Source: Adineta vaga (Eukaryota > Animalia > Rotifera). Taken from it: a DNA stretch of 64,000 nucleotides. This document shows positions 48,668-62,610 of this stretch, one piece after another (position 1 is the first letter of the stretch; the number at the start of each line of letters is the position of its first letter). The translations under genes were made by a program, and so were the position numbers. The notes below the pieces were generated by a model. It did not search any database. It worked only from the letters and a program-made list of their open reading frames with translations, and was not told the DNA's origin. Location of the stretch: positions 15,562,001 to 15,626,000 of the forward strand of contig CP075492.1 in NCBI GenBank assembly GCA_021613535.1. The letters are read 5' to 3'.

Positions 48668-49881
48668 TTTCAATCTGTATTTTTAATATAGATCTTCAAT
48701 AAAAAAAAGTGGAAAATGTGAAATATTTAATTGCTATTCATCGCATCAGGTTACGGTCACTCACTTTTATATATGCTAGTCTTACTTTTGGTTGTGAAAT
48801 TACGTATCTGATAAAGACTTGACACATTTTTACGTACTTTGCATGTATTTAACAGAAAAAAGCCAACTAGTTGTTATAAATTTTATCTCGAAGATACGGG
48901 TATGAGTTCCTATTTACTTATCCACTCTCACTCTTTCTCTTTCTATGATTTTCTTTTTTTTTGAAGTGAAATACGTATATATTGATTGTATAGTTGTTGT
49001 GTTTCTTTTAATAAAATAGAAGCAGATACTAGTTCAATTCATACTAATATTTCATATACAACTATGATGGCAGAGGCAGCGCAATAGAGTTGTCAATTAC
49101 AGTATGATGCCTTGATAATTTTTAGTCATTTAATTTTTTTCGTTTGTGTGAATGCATAATAAATAATTATAACTGAATACTCATAATGTTGCAATTATAC
49201 AAGCGGAAGTAAATATTTTCTATTTAATCATTAAGATTCATCAAGACATATATAAGAAAATGGCACTTTTGCTGATTTACATTCAAATTTTCTACAATCT
49301 CACTAATATCTCGAGCAAATGTTCGCTAAATCGTTTCCAGTCATCTCGAAAAATTGATTGAAAATGCTCTATGTATTTCATTATTCTTGATAACAGTAAA
49401 CAATTTTTTTAATTATTTTTCACACTGGTTAAAAACTGTTAATTCTTCTTTGGTTTACCTTCAATCCTTAATACTTATTTTATTTTGTGAAACCACCATA
49501 CAAATGTTATCTTTGCACATTATTAGTCTTCTCTCAAACACAAGATTGTAGATAAGTGCAAAAATAGAAATATTATAAATTCTCATCGATATTTTTACTC
49601 TCGATTCTTTTGAAAATGTATTGGTGTACTAGTTCTCGTCACCATTTTCTTTTACTTTCCGTTGACGAGAAAGAAAAGGAGAAAGAAATTTTTTACGGCA
49701 CATTATGATTCTAGAAGAGAATAGAGAAAAAGTAACTGCCGTCGTGTTTTTTTTCTAAGCAAATAGAAAAAAAAATGACAGAACGGTACAACTTTTTCCT
49801 TTTCACATATTGAAGAAAAAAGGGGTCACTTTCCTGTGACAATGAGGTTATCGTACCTACGATGATTTACAAAATTACTAG

Positions 49882-50997
49882 ATGTTTACTCTATCTTTTT
49901 TCAAACAACTAAAATTCTCATTAATTATTATTTCCACTATATTTCTTCTCTTCTTATACAAAAGTATTTATAACCTCAAATCGAATACAAAATTAATCCT
50001 TGAAGAACAAACGTCCCCTTCTGAGAAGTATCTCAGAACGAAACTATCAAATAAAACATCGAACATTGGTATCATCATTGTATCTGATCAAAATGCACGA
50101 CTTCAATACAAACAGTATAGTCAAAATGTCGAATGTTATGCCAAACTACATAAATATTCATTTGTACTATTCGATCCAAAACATTACTACAACTGTTCTC
50201 ATCTTGTGAATTTCTATTTTCAAAAGCATTGTACGGTGATGAATTATATGATTTCAATGCCCCATGTCAATTGGTTCCTTGTGTTAGACGGAGATACGTT
50301 TGTTCTCAATAGTTCAAAATTAATTGAAGATTTCATTCCGATTAATCCAAATATTCATGTCGTTCATTATGAAAGATTTTATACGGGAGAAGTCATGGCT
50401 GGAAATTATTTAATTCGAAATCATATTTGGTCACATGCTTATTTATTGACATGGGTGAATTTTTATTCCAAATTACCTCAAACAGGTTATCATAATCATG
50501 ATAATGGTGCACTGCATATGGTGATCTTACAAATGATTGAGAAAAGTAATGAAATACAAACAAAATGTTATGGAAAATATCAACAATCAAGAAATGAACA
50601 TTATTATTATAAATATATCCGCTGTTTTCGTTGTGCAATTGGTGGACAAAGAATATTCAAACATTTTCAGTTATTGAGAAGAGGTCATGGTTTTGCAAGA
50701 GATTTTCATGTACCATTTCTGAATGATTTTCTTCTACATGGATATAAAAGTGATCTGAACAAATATTTCTACAATTCAAGTAGATGTACAAATGATTGGT
50801 TGTCTAATGTACGTGAAAATTTATTGATTACGAATATGGAAATAGCCAAAAATATGACAATAGAAAAGGATGTGTATGCAATTGGAAGATATTCTGAATG
50901 TCTTGGAATTGCAGATATACGAGATTGTTGGCCAAATTGTGATCAAGAAATAACTGGTGAAAAACTAGCGAAATATTTGAATGCATTATGTCTGTAG
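49882..50997 (+). CDS. DUF273-like nucleotide-diphospho-sugar transferase, type II membrane
   Basis: N-terminal TM; VECYAKLHKY, FQKHC, WFLVLDGDT (DXD), YERFYTGEVMAGNYLIRN, HNHDNGALH. Confidence 0.8.
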   Translation: MFTLSFFKQLKFSLIIISTIFLLFLYKSIYNLKSNTKLILEEQTSPSEKYLRTKLSNKTSNIGIIIVSDQNARLQYKQYSQNVECYAKLHKYSFVLFDPKHYYNCSHLVNFYFQKHCTVMNYMISMPHVNWFLVLDGDTFVLNSSKLIEDFIPINPNIHVVHYERFYTGEVMAGNYLIRNHIWSHAYLLTWVNFYSKLPQTGYHNHDNGALHMVILQMIEKSNEIQTKCYGKYQQSRNEHYYYKYIRCFRCAIGGQRIFKHFQLLRRGHGFARDFHVPFLNDFLLHGYKSDLNKYFYNSSRCTNDWLSNVRENLLITNMEIAKNMTIEKDVYAIGRYSECLGIADIRDCWPNCDQEITGEKLAKYLNALCL

Positions 50998-52626
50998 TGT
51001 AAGATTATGTATTATTTAATAAAGATGATAGGTATAGAAATATAGATTCTCGTTTATACTTGTAATCGATCTCTATGATTTTGAAGCTTTGAAAGATTAC
51101 TTAGACAAATAATATTATAGTATCGATTACTTTAAAAAGATCTATACATCAGAAAAGTAGTACTGATAAATACGAATCGTGAAATTTCTAAGAGAAAGTC
51201 ATTGTTGATTATGGATATGAATTGCATGTACTGTTACATGAATGAATGAATGAATGAATGACTTTAACTTGAATAGATATAAATAGTTAAATATTAATCA
51301 ATGATAGTATTTCTCTCAAGAATTTCGCTTATGCAACATTCACATGTGTTCAAAAAAATATTTATAGAACTAAAAGTTTCGTCCTGCTTCTGTGTCGATC
51401 CAAAAGACTAGTATCAGAAAAGTCAGTATTCCAATGACGCCAAGATATTAGAAGACGAAGTATTTTGCCACCAAATATCGTTAGCGAGTTTCACATGTTC
51501 TGCATTAGTAATACTAATTCCTTGCACACACTTCAGATTGTGCTTAAATCTGGAATTACGTTTAGGAGATAAGTTTCATGAAAATATGCATCTTTACTTC
51601 AAAAACGAAACACAGATTTCAGTTTGTTGACTTTAGATTGTCACAAGACAGTATAGTTATGTATCAGTTGATAATAGTCATGATTTATAAGGACAATTCA
51701 AAGAGAAAAACTTTCTAACTTTTCTGATGAGTAAACAAGTCATATTTACGTCACACAATATTGAATTGTGCATTTAAATGATTCTATACAGGTAACAAAC
51801 ATATTATGTTTTTGTACTCTTCTGCATTAGTCCTTAATATTATTCGTAATACGATGATTGTTGGAGAAAACGGTTCCCAATGGCAAAATTATGAATACGC
51901 TGGTAGTCCTTTAATGTGACATTAAAAGAGCTTATTTACTCTATCTAATAACATGTGTTCATTTTTGCAGATTTATCACAGTTGTATTGAAAATTCACTT
52001 CGCATCGCTAGTATGGTGAAAAGAAGAAGAAAGCAATCGTCGCGCTAATGCAGGTGGGAATGTACACTTTGAAATTAAAACTCTATCAGGACATGAACAA
52101 AGGTTGACAAGATTTACGAATCTTGAATATGTAGACATCCGTATCGCTGGTTTTTAGAAGAAGAAGAATGTCGAGTTACAAACAAGTGTATTTTGATTTC
52201 ACAAAAAATTGTTTCGTATTCAAAAGAAATCAATGTTTTTTGTTATATAAAAAGTCTTTATCATTTTATTCCAATATCTAAGTTAAGAAGAATGTAAAGA
52301 AAATATGACGTGTAAAATGTTTACAGATTTTAAAGATGTCAATGCTATTTTAAGTAAGTTCATCAAAATTTTAAAAATGAACTTCAACCAGTTTTTCATG
52401 AAAGAAAATATGACGTGTAATTCAAATTTTTGATTTAGTCTATATTCACGTAACCAGAATGTACGTGTGAGTCATTCTTTTCTTCTTTTACTTATGCACA
52501 CATGTCCTTCACTGAGTCAACGATACACGAATGAATTACATCATAACACAACAATAACAGTAACTCGCTTGATAAATGTTGGTTTTTCTTCTTTGATATC
52601 ATCATTTTAAAACACGTAAGCCTACG

Positions 52627-54474
52627 ATGTCACATCCGAAGTTGTACGAGATTCGTGGTGCACATTTCAATCATGAAAATCGAACGACTCGTTTCTGTTT
52701 ATACGCACCTAATGCAAGAAATGTTTATCTTATATTAATTGCTTACGGTATACAACAATATCGATTACAAATGACCAGAAATCATGAAGGTTTATGGGAA
52801 ATTATAACAGATCAAGCACCACCTGGTCAAAGTTATCTCTATTTAATTAATGATTATCATGGAAAAAACAAATTACGAATAGATCCTATCAGTTTTTCTG
52901 TTGTTTCTAATATAATAACTCGACAAGTTCAATCAATAGTTCATGATGAAAATGTCTATATGTGGGCTGATCAAAACTGGATGAAACAACGTGTTCAAAG
53001 AAATCCATTGAAATTCCCTTTATCTATCTATGAAATTCAACCCAAATCTTGGAAAAGTAGTGTTTATTGGCCAATGAATTATCGTCAAATAACACATGAA
53101 TTAGTCAACTATTGTATTGAAATGGGATTTACTCATGTTGAGTTGTATGGTATCTTAGAACATACTGATCGATGGGAATACGATGGTTATCAAGTATCGA
53201 ATTATTTTGCACCTTCTCGTTTCAATGGTCGATGTGATGATTTGAAATATTTAATTGATCATTTACATCAAAATAATATTGGTGTCATTCTTGATTGGGT
53301 TCCAACACATTTTAAGCATTATCATTTTTTTCATGGTTATTCAACATCTTTACATGAATATGATGGTACAGATTTATATGCTAGTGCAGCATCTCAATGG
53401 TCGACACTTTATTTTGATTTTGATAAAGAAGAAACACGTCAACTTTTAAGAGCAAGTGCACTTTATTTTCTTGATCGCCTTCATTTTGATGGAATTCGTT
53501 TTGATGCGGTAAGTCAAATGATTCGTCGAAATCAAACAGATATTCCAAGTGCTATTGCATTCTTGCGTGAGCTTAATTATACCATTCATACACATTATCC
53601 AGGTGTCTTATGTATCGCAGAAGAAACTGAAGGCTATCCAAATGTTAGTCGAACAATGAATTTTGATTTGAAATGGAATTTTGTTTGGAGTAATGATGCA
53701 CGAAATTTTCTTCGTACACCTTATGCAGAACGACCAGGACATTGGAAACAAAAGATAGTAGATGTTTTGAATTGTGCTCGATGGAATGAAGATAAAATGA
53801 TTAGTACAGTAAGTCATGATGATACTGATACAGGTCCATTTAATGGTCGAAATATTCTCTTGAATTGTGTTTCTCATGCTCAAAATCAAATGGATAAATT
53901 TGCTGATCTAAGAAATTTCTTTGCATGGCAAATCTGTATGCCAAGTCGTGGTCATCTGATTCATATGGGTGATGAAATTGTTCAACCTATGTCTTGGTTT
54001 CAACGATGTATTCGAGGTAAATCAAGTATGGATTGGCCATTATCGAATACAAAAACACTACATGGACAAATTCAAAAATGTATTCGAGATCTTAATCATC
54101 TTTACATTCGTTATCCACAATTTTGGGAATATGGTGAAGAAAGTTATTCCTTAATCTATGAATATGCTGAAAATCTAATCATTGCATATCATCGAGGAAT
54201 TTCGAATCGTCATCGAATTGTTGTTATTCATAATTTTTCAAATCGTGGTTACACATCTTATGATATTCCATTACCACGATCAGATCCAAATATCGAACGT
54301 ATCCAACATGTCACAGAAGTATTCAATACAAATCATTCGACATATGGTGGATCAGATACTTTTCAGAATGAACGCATAGAATTCCATCATGATCATGAAC
54401 AAAATATCAAACTTACAGTTGCTCTTCCTCCTCTGTCAACACTCATATTAGATGAAACATTGACTTCATACTAA
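52627..54474 (+). CDS. glgB: 1,4-alpha-glucan branching enzyme, GH13, bacterial-type, intronless
   Basis: CBM48-like FCLYAPNA; PLSIYEI; GYQVSNYFAPSRFNG; GVILDWVPTHF; catalytic DGIRFDAV, IAEE, SHDD; LPPLS terminus. Confidence 0.9.
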   Translation: MSHPKLYEIRGAHFNHENRTTRFCLYAPNARNVYLILIAYGIQQYRLQMTRNHEGLWEIITDQAPPGQSYLYLINDYHGKNKLRIDPISFSVVSNIITRQVQSIVHDENVYMWADQNWMKQRVQRNPLKFPLSIYEIQPKSWKSSVYWPMNYRQITHELVNYCIEMGFTHVELYGILEHTDRWEYDGYQVSNYFAPSRFNGRCDDLKYLIDHLHQNNIGVILDWVPTHFKHYHFFHGYSTSLHEYDGTDLYASAASQWSTLYFDFDKEETRQLLRASALYFLDRLHFDGIRFDAVSQMIRRNQTDIPSAIAFLRELNYTIHTHYPGVLCIAEETEGYPNVSRTMNFDLKWNFVWSNDARNFLRTPYAERPGHWKQKIVDVLNCARWNEDKMISTVSHDDTDTGPFNGRNILLNCVSHAQNQMDKFADLRNFFAWQICMPSRGHLIHMGDEIVQPMSWFQRCIRGKSSMDWPLSNTKTLHGQIQKCIRDLNHLYIRYPQFWEYGEESYSLIYEYAENLIIAYHRGISNRHRIVVIHNFSNRGYTSYDIPLPRSDPNIERIQHVTEVFNTNHSTYGGSDTFQNERIEFHHDHEQNIKLTVALPPLSTLILDETLTSY

Positions 54475-54631
54475 CTAAACAAATGTAGCTAATTCTTGTG
54501 TGAGTTTTCTCCTTACATACAATGATTAATATAGAGTAATGGGTTTGTTGTTATAAGAGATAACATGCCTTATCTTTCTGTTATTCTATAAGAATAATAA
54601 ATATAAACGTGTAGATAAATATTCTTTCAGT

Positions 54632-55938
54632 ATGATGCATAAAAATTCTGCGTATGTCGAATCTGCCACGAGAAACACTAAACTATCCAAATGGTGGAAT
54701 CATCGTTGGTTCAAGATTATATTGATTTCTATTTTTATTTTGATAATTTTTGTGGTTACTCTCTCTCTATTGCTAAAGTTCGTTATTCTCATTCCGAAGA
54801 AGACACAAGACAATACAACTACTATAATATCAACGACATCGTCAGTAATAACCACGATTACAACCATTCCGCAGTCGCGTAAGTTTTAGAATCAAGTTTT
54901 TTTTATTAGGCTGAAGAGATAATACAGAAACAAAATCTTACTTAAGGATGGTCTAATACTGGTAATATGCATTATACACGACGTATTCATACAGCAACAC
55001 CATTAACAAATGGAAAGGTATTAGTTACTGGTGGATATAATGGTTTAACTTTAAAAAGTGCTGAATTATACGATCCATTAACAGGAAATTGGACAATAAC
55101 TCACAGTATGAATAATATACGATATGGACATGCAGCATCTCTATTATTGAATGAAAAAGTGTTAGTCACTGGCGGATATAATAATGGATTGGTTTTAAAT
55201 GGTTCGGAATTGTATGATCCATCAACAGAAAGTTGGATAATCACGACTAATATGAATTATGCACGAAATTTTCATACAACATCAATATTAGCTAATGGAA
55301 AAGTATTAGCTACAGGTGGAGTTCATGGCCTAGGTGCTCTAAACAGTGCAGAAATATATGACCCAATAACTGAACGTTGGATAATTACTGGTAATATGAA
55401 TTATGCACGAAATGGACACACAGCAACTGTATTATCAGATGGAAAAGTATTGATTACTGGTGGAAAAGATCGAGATTTTACTTTGAACACAGCTGAACTA
55501 TATGATCCATTGACAGGCAATTGGACACTGACTGGTAATATGAGTGAAGCACGAGGAAGTCATACAGCATCTCTGTTGTTAAATGGAAAAGTATTAGTTA
55601 CTGGTGGACACAATGGTGAACTCATTTTAAATAGTGCTGAATTATACGATCTATCAAAAGAGATTTGGACAAAAACTGCAAATATGAGTCATGCATTAGA
55701 AGTCCATACAGCATCTGTGTTATCAAATGGGAAAATTTTAATAACTGGTGGGTATAAAGGTAATTCAGCCGAATTATATGATCCATTGGAAGGAATTTGG
55801 ATAAGTGCTGGTGAGATGAATGATACACGCATGTCACATACAGCATCTTTATTATCAAATGGGAAAGTATTAATTACTGGTGGATATGACGCACATAATT
55901 ATTTAAATACCGCTGAATTATATGATCCAGTCCATTGA
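54632..55938 (+). CDS. Type II membrane protein with a Thr-rich stalk and 7 Kelch repeats
   Basis: Exon 1 has a TM and TTT stalk, with donor gtaagt at 54879. The intron runs to ~54946. Seven R..HTA..L.NGKVL.TGG....SAELYDP..W units follow. Confidence 0.88.
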
Positions 55939-56130
55939 TTTGAATATTGATAAAATATTTCTTTTTCTTTTCATTTAAATTTCTGAAAGCTGATTATGAA
56001 AACTAATTGACTCATTCATACCTCCACACTTGAATCGTTACCTTTTCATATTCTTTTATCAAAATGAAGTATGTAAGACAACATGGATTTAAAAGCAAAT
56101 ATAGACAATAACGAAGATTTAGATTGAATA

Positions 56131-59100
56131 TCAACTAGTAATAAATAATCGATGAACGCTTTGTGGCATAATAGTTTTCATAAAGTCACACATTCCTTTT
56201 CGAAACACTTCCGATGGTAGAATAAATACGAAGACAATAGCCATACATGGTAGAAAAGCCATACAATAGCTTATTAGAGTAATGTATGGTTGCTGATCAA
56301 GTTTTTTACATACAAATATAAAACTTAGAACAAGTCGAGGTACAGTAAGACAGCTAAGTACAATCGGTGCAATTAGTATATGTTTATGTTGACTGATTGA
56401 TTTTTTTATCATGTCCATTTGTAGTTTCAGTCGTGCGCTTTTGCTTCGATCCGGCGCAGTGGTTTTTTTCTTTATCTGATTTTTTGAAGCCGTTGTTTTC
56501 TGAATAATAATGATACTACTAGCAAGATTAATTATCAATGGTAATATGAACAAGAGAATATTCGAAACTGAATATAGGACAAGAATAACTTGTCGATCAG
56601 CATTTAATGTAAGTACACACCAAGCTCGTTCATCATGTGTATCAATAACAATGCGACGAAAGATCAATTCTGGAGAAGAGATAAGAGCAAGAAATATGAA
56701 TACACATCCGACAATCCATTTAGCACGACGTTCACTTATTGCGCGAGTGTATTTGGTTGGATAGCTAACAGCTTGTGTCCGATCCATAGCCACACATGCA
56801 TCTATCCATTCACAACTTGTTGGCCACCATTTAAGTAAAAATTCAATAAGAGAACAACAAATATTGGTTTGTTTGGGGTTTAAGATTATGATTATTTTGC
56901 ACATGAGTACTATCATAGTTAATAAGCCGGTAATGGATGAGACAAACAAGTAAAATCCACATCCAGATTCGCGTGTCTTCTTCTGAGTAAATGTACCAGT
57001 AGCCAACGTATTGAAAATAAAACCAAATGCAATCAATATGCAAAGAACTAGAACAGCTATTTTAATCGTTGTACTCTGTTGAAAAATATTCTTTGCGTCT
57101 AATCGAATATGTGAACCAATAATCGCATCGAGTGATAAACTATAACCAGCTCTTGAAAATTGACAAACTGATCCATAACTACATGGTTCACAAATACATA
57201 CTGCAACAGTTGGACATGTTTCATCATCTTGTACACACATACCACGATCATGACATTTATTCCATAAACATCCACGAGGTGTTGTCTCAAAATTAAAACA
57301 AATAGCATGATTGGTTTCATCGCATAAGCACATGAGTTTATCATCGTAGAAACATTTTGATTGTTGATTGAGACATGGACGTTGATAATTCTTTACTCGA
57401 CGTAGAGGTAACTGAGCAAGTATAGTCTGATCGAATAGTTCGTGGATTGAATGGCATCGATGAGAAGACCGAATTTCGGTACTGATTTCAAGTAAAGGTG
57501 GTATTACAGTATTTTTACGTAACAGCAAAAGATAGTAATCAAATTGATATTGATGTTCATATAGTTGAATGAAAATAAGTTTGGGTACTCTTAATCTATT
57601 ATCCAAAAAGAAAGTAAAATTCACTTTGTCTCGATGAAATCGATGAAAGTATGTGAAAGGACGAGGTTCAATTACCACACCCATTTCCATAATATGAATA
57701 AAAGCGATATTTGATGATGGAATACTGATATCTCGAGAGAATGAAACATAAATCCGTGGTTTCACTTTTTCACATTGTTCACCGAACCATTCCTCATCAC
57801 ATAAGCACATGAATTGCCTTACTGGATCATGACGTATATCAAGTGGTATACATTTTCCATGTCCATTACAATTATTTTTCGTACATGGATCGAAAACAAT
57901 GAGACAGCGACGGCCAGTACGATTTAAAGGACAAACACAAATTTCTCGATTAAGATCAATATCATATCCAAGACATAGAGAATTACTCGAACAAGTTGTA
58001 CAGTTAGGATAAGTTATTGTTGTTGTCAACATTGATTCAGTAATCATACTCGATATGTTTGTCACAAGAAGTTCTTTTGCTATACGACGAACAGGTAAGA
58101 ATTCAAATGAGAGAGGAAAATGCCAAGAAACAAAGTGTTTTAGTGTTGTTAGAATGAATGCATGAATATATATAGTATGATTAACAAATGATAACGATGA
58201 ATCATCAATTGGATAGAGTAATTCTATCATATATTGTGGCAAACAATGTTGTTGTGGTGTATAAATAAATTGTTCATGAGATATAATAGACGATGTAGTA
58301 TTATGTCGCACTAATAAAACGACAAATTTGAATATTGGAATTTGATTATCAACAAAATTTCCTATGCGAAGGTAAAGTATAAGAGAAATTCGTTTTCGTT
58401 GAAATTGGCAACGATCACCATAATAATAATTAGGACAGAGACAAAAAAAGCCAGGTGGATGAATGGTTGAACGAACATACATACCAGAATTACACTGCCA
58501 TAAGACGATATTGGTCAATGTTGCTGATTGTTGTTCTGAATCTCGATATTTAAGTACATGGTTAACGTTTTGACTTGGATACTGAGGAAATTTACTTATA
58601 TCAAATAATGGTGCACTTTCATGATTGTTAACTTCACAGAAGAGAAGATCTTCACCTTCTGAACACTTATTAACACCCGTACAGAAATCTATATCAATCA
58701 AGGTATCAATCATTTGATTAAAAAGGATGTTTAATTTGCTAAAGGATGTATTTTGATCAACATGATTTAAGAAAATTAACAATCTATGATGATGTATCTC
58801 ATTCCTCGGATACTATGTTATCCTACTGCTCCCATACATGTATTTCTCTTACTGTTCATAACAAATAGATGGTTATATGAACATTTCTGAACGAGAACTT
58901 GACACAAACTTTGATGCTTTTCCTCCTAGAGAAATTTAGACATGATAAACTACTTACTGCTATTTATATATCGACCATCTCGGCATCGGAATTTTCCAGA
59001 ATCACACAGAGTCTGTCGATCATTATTGAGCCAGATACATGCAATTGTTTCATCATCGTTGCTGGGACAATCTCGATGACAATCACATATTTGTTGGCGT

Positions 59101-61201
59101 CGGATACAAATATCCGAATTCTGGCATCGAAATCGACGAATATGTTTGTCTGGATATTTCATTCGACAAAATTCTTGTTCATCAATGGCACCGATACAAT
59201 CGATGATCCCATCAGCAGCTCGTGTTTTTGGCAAACATCTTGGAAGACCAGTACGAACATCCAAGCAAAAATGCTTCGAATTATTACAGTGAAGAGCACT
59301 TAGAGTAGTAAATTCACAGCTGTTTAGTTCATCACTTCCATCTGGACAATTCCATATCCAATTACAATCGGTATAAAACGTAGAACAAGGCCATCCGCTT
59401 TCGGTACAGTGTGATTCATCTGTATCGTTTGACATATGAGAAATTCGTTCGACAACGCCATTGCAAAGCTCAGAAAAAGTTAGGTTAAAACGAGCTGACT
59501 TTCCTCGATGAATAAGACATTGGTCGCTGAAAGAGTCTAAACATACGTTCAGATGTCCAATATGTTCATCAGTCTTGTCAAAGCACTGAGACTAAAAATA
59601 GGTTACGTGCGCGTGTTTAGAATTTTTCAAATTTACTTACAATGCTATCCAACAGAAGTGATCTAGGTAGACATCGTGTTTCATTATCACATTTGAATTC
59701 ATAAGGAAGATTGAATGAACATGTATTAGGATGACGTTCATCTTCTTCATTCGCACAATCACTAGTACCATCCAATAGTCGATGATAGGATAAACATTTA
59801 CTTTGATCATCACATTGAAATAATGAACATTGAATTGTTTGACTATCTTGTGGTAGCAGTGAGCATGAGCGTATGAAGCGTTTGACGTCTTTCAGCATAT
59901 CGTCGAACTTAACATATGTTTCATTAGTAAATGTATTGAATAATCGACATGTTAAACTATTATGTGTTTGAGTCATTGCCATTTTGTTCTCAATGGCAAG
60001 ATATGGACATAATGTCTGATTAAAACAGATCGCTTCTGGTTTAGTATCATTATAAATCAAATGTATATGTGAATATAATATGAGTGTTGATAGTGGCATT
60101 TGTTCTAAATAGAGACGATCTCGTTGAGTTATACATCGGTCATCATGTTGAACATTCGGTCCATCATAACAATGACCATCGCCACACGAAAACAATAATG
60201 AAGCGCATGCATGATTTTCACAGCCCATCAAATAATCGAATAATTTACAATATTTAATTGAAAATGCGATCTCATCAGATTCATCCATACAGTCAGATTT
60301 AAAGTTTCCATAGAGTTCATTATCGATACATTGTGCATTGAGACAACGATATTCAGTTTTTGGATCACATTCATTCATTTCAAGTTCATGACAATAATAC
60401 TCATCGAATCCATTACTACAGTCGATTTTACCTGTAATCAAAAAAAGAACGAATTAGTTTTTACTGAGAATATGAGTGAGAATTAAAGAATTAAATGTAA
60501 GCTATACTCCTATAATACGATAATTGATTTCTATATACTCGTACTGGTGTAGTTTTCTCGTAATTTGTGGAATTCGGATAGATCTCAGAATGTATTTACT
60601 AACCGTCACATATTTCACGCCAGTCCAAACAAATGACAGATTTACATTCTTCATAGTGCATGATATAACAAGTACCATTTGTAATAGATAAGACATCGTT
60701 AGTCGGGTGTTCTTTCTTCGTTTGTCGTTCTTTGACAATATTTGTAAAGGATGCATTTGAGTCGAACGTATATTCACATTGTGTTCCGAACCAAAGATTA
60801 GAACAAATGAAAACGAAGCCCGTTTCTTTGTTTGATACATATTCTTCAATGGTATCCAATGGTACATACCAGTCAAGTAATTGATGACTTGAAATATTCA
60901 TTTCACGCAATTGATTGAATGTTAAATGTCGACCATTAGCGGTAGTTTTATTATCATTAAGTAACCGACCAATAGTTTTTTCTGTCAATCGACGACAATA
61001 TCGCACTATCTCAAAGGTTACTTTAAGATCGACATTCGTAGCAGCTATGAATTCATTATCGCTAGTTGTCACAAGATGTAAACAATCGAATGCGCTATTA
61101 TAACCATTTGTGTCGTACATTAAACGAGAAGTAGTACTTGTGTTGCATAGAACTGATATGAAAAACACAGCTCTAAATTGTTGCCTGACGTTAAAACACA
61201 T
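56131..61201 (-). CDS. Giant multi-exon receptor: LDLa repeats + EGF domains + rhodopsin-type 7TM GPCR
   Basis: LDLa motifs (ICDGKIDCSNGFDE, DCMDESDE, NCPDGSDE); EGF motifs (CLCPNYYYGDRC, CNGHGKC..CLCDEEWFGEQC); 7TM with CVAMDRT (DRY-like). Confidence 0.88.
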
Positions 61202-62443
61202 TTGATTGATCTATATAAATTAATTGAGCGATTTTTTGTCACAAATAAACTTAAGTAATTAAGCGGGAGAAACTCTGCATCGTATCATCCTTCTATCTAT
61301 AGAGGTAGAAAAGGTAGCAAATTATTGAACTTATAAAATAATCGAAAATCAAGAATATTCTGCTTCTACACTATTAGGAGATCTCAAGAGATGTTCATCA
61401 CACTATCAAAGAACTACATCGTCATTTTATACAGATTGCCGCCTTATTTCTCGAACAGTAGCTTTTTTAGTTTTAAGTCTCTGTCTAAAAGGAATATTCT
61501 ACGGATATTCTTTTAATAATAAAAACGTTTTGTCAATATCGCTTTTCATTCGTATTTATTGAAAATTTGGCAAACCTTGGGGGTCCATCTGTATGTAAAA
61601 TCATGCTTTAACTTTAGTTTTCCCCCTCCTATTTAACCATTAGGATATGATTGTTAAAACGGAAAACATAGAAAATGTTTTTTTGTTGATAAAAAGACAT
61701 GCCATAAGGCATTCATAACAATTTAAAATCTCTCCTTTTCTAAATTTATTCGACAGTGCATTTTTCATTTTAAACTATCAAAATTTTAATCTGTTTTCGA
61801 TCATTAATATACAAGAAGAAAATACAGATTTGGATAAGGATGAAAATGAAGATAGCTGTGAAAAGTGTGTGTGTGTGTAATAAAACATCCGTTTTCTCAA
61901 CTTCCTCTCCTCATATCGCAGAATTAAGCAACTCAGTTCTCGAGCTGAAATCGATTGAATTGAATTGCATTCAAAAAATCTATTAAGCAATTTCCATACA
62001 TCATAACTATAAATAACACTCGCCAAAGGTGACGCGTTTAACCTTCTACTGAAGAATTAACATATTCTTCGTCGATTTTGAAGAAAAAGAAAATCTTATG
62101 TTCTAGGATTCTAAATAGAAAGAATTTATTCAAAAAACAATTTTCTATTTTATCTTACAACGAATTATTGATTGATGATTATCAACATCAGAATAAGATG
62201 AAATCAGCGTTTACAATATTAGAAATGAAAATAAATCTAAAAAATGTCTTTAATGACAAAAAACCTTCAGAAAGAAAAAAATTAATGATTTTCCTTCTTT
62301 TCCATAAGAAGAATTGTGTAATGAATCACATAAAAACATTTAAGAGATACAATTAACGATAAAATAACGACAGAAGTTTCGGGAATAACTACATTTGGTA
62401 TCTTTTCTACATATATAGAAACAAAAACTAACAATGATGAACA

Positions 62444-62610
62444 TACCCAGGTCGAACGATGCGGTCCGTTTTGTATCCGTACATAGCCGAAAATTAGCCG
62501 TTTCGGTGGAGAACACAGTGCGTTTACGATGCCGTAAATCTGTGACTGTGATTACGCAACAAAACGGTTCATTTTCGGCCGTAAAGTCACCATTTTGTTA
62601 CGGTTTACAT
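62444..62610. mobile_element. Older MITE-like relic (cccagg start, ccgt/acgg motifs) into which the hAT MITE inserted
   Basis: GC-richer block starting tacccaggtc with repeated ccgt(a)/(t)acgg motifs; right end not found. Confidence 0.4.

Noticed and set aside
52627-54474. Bacterial contamination as the source of glgB
   Set aside because: Base composition matches the flanks, there is no operon context, and it is contiguous with intron-containing genes. A read check is still advisable.
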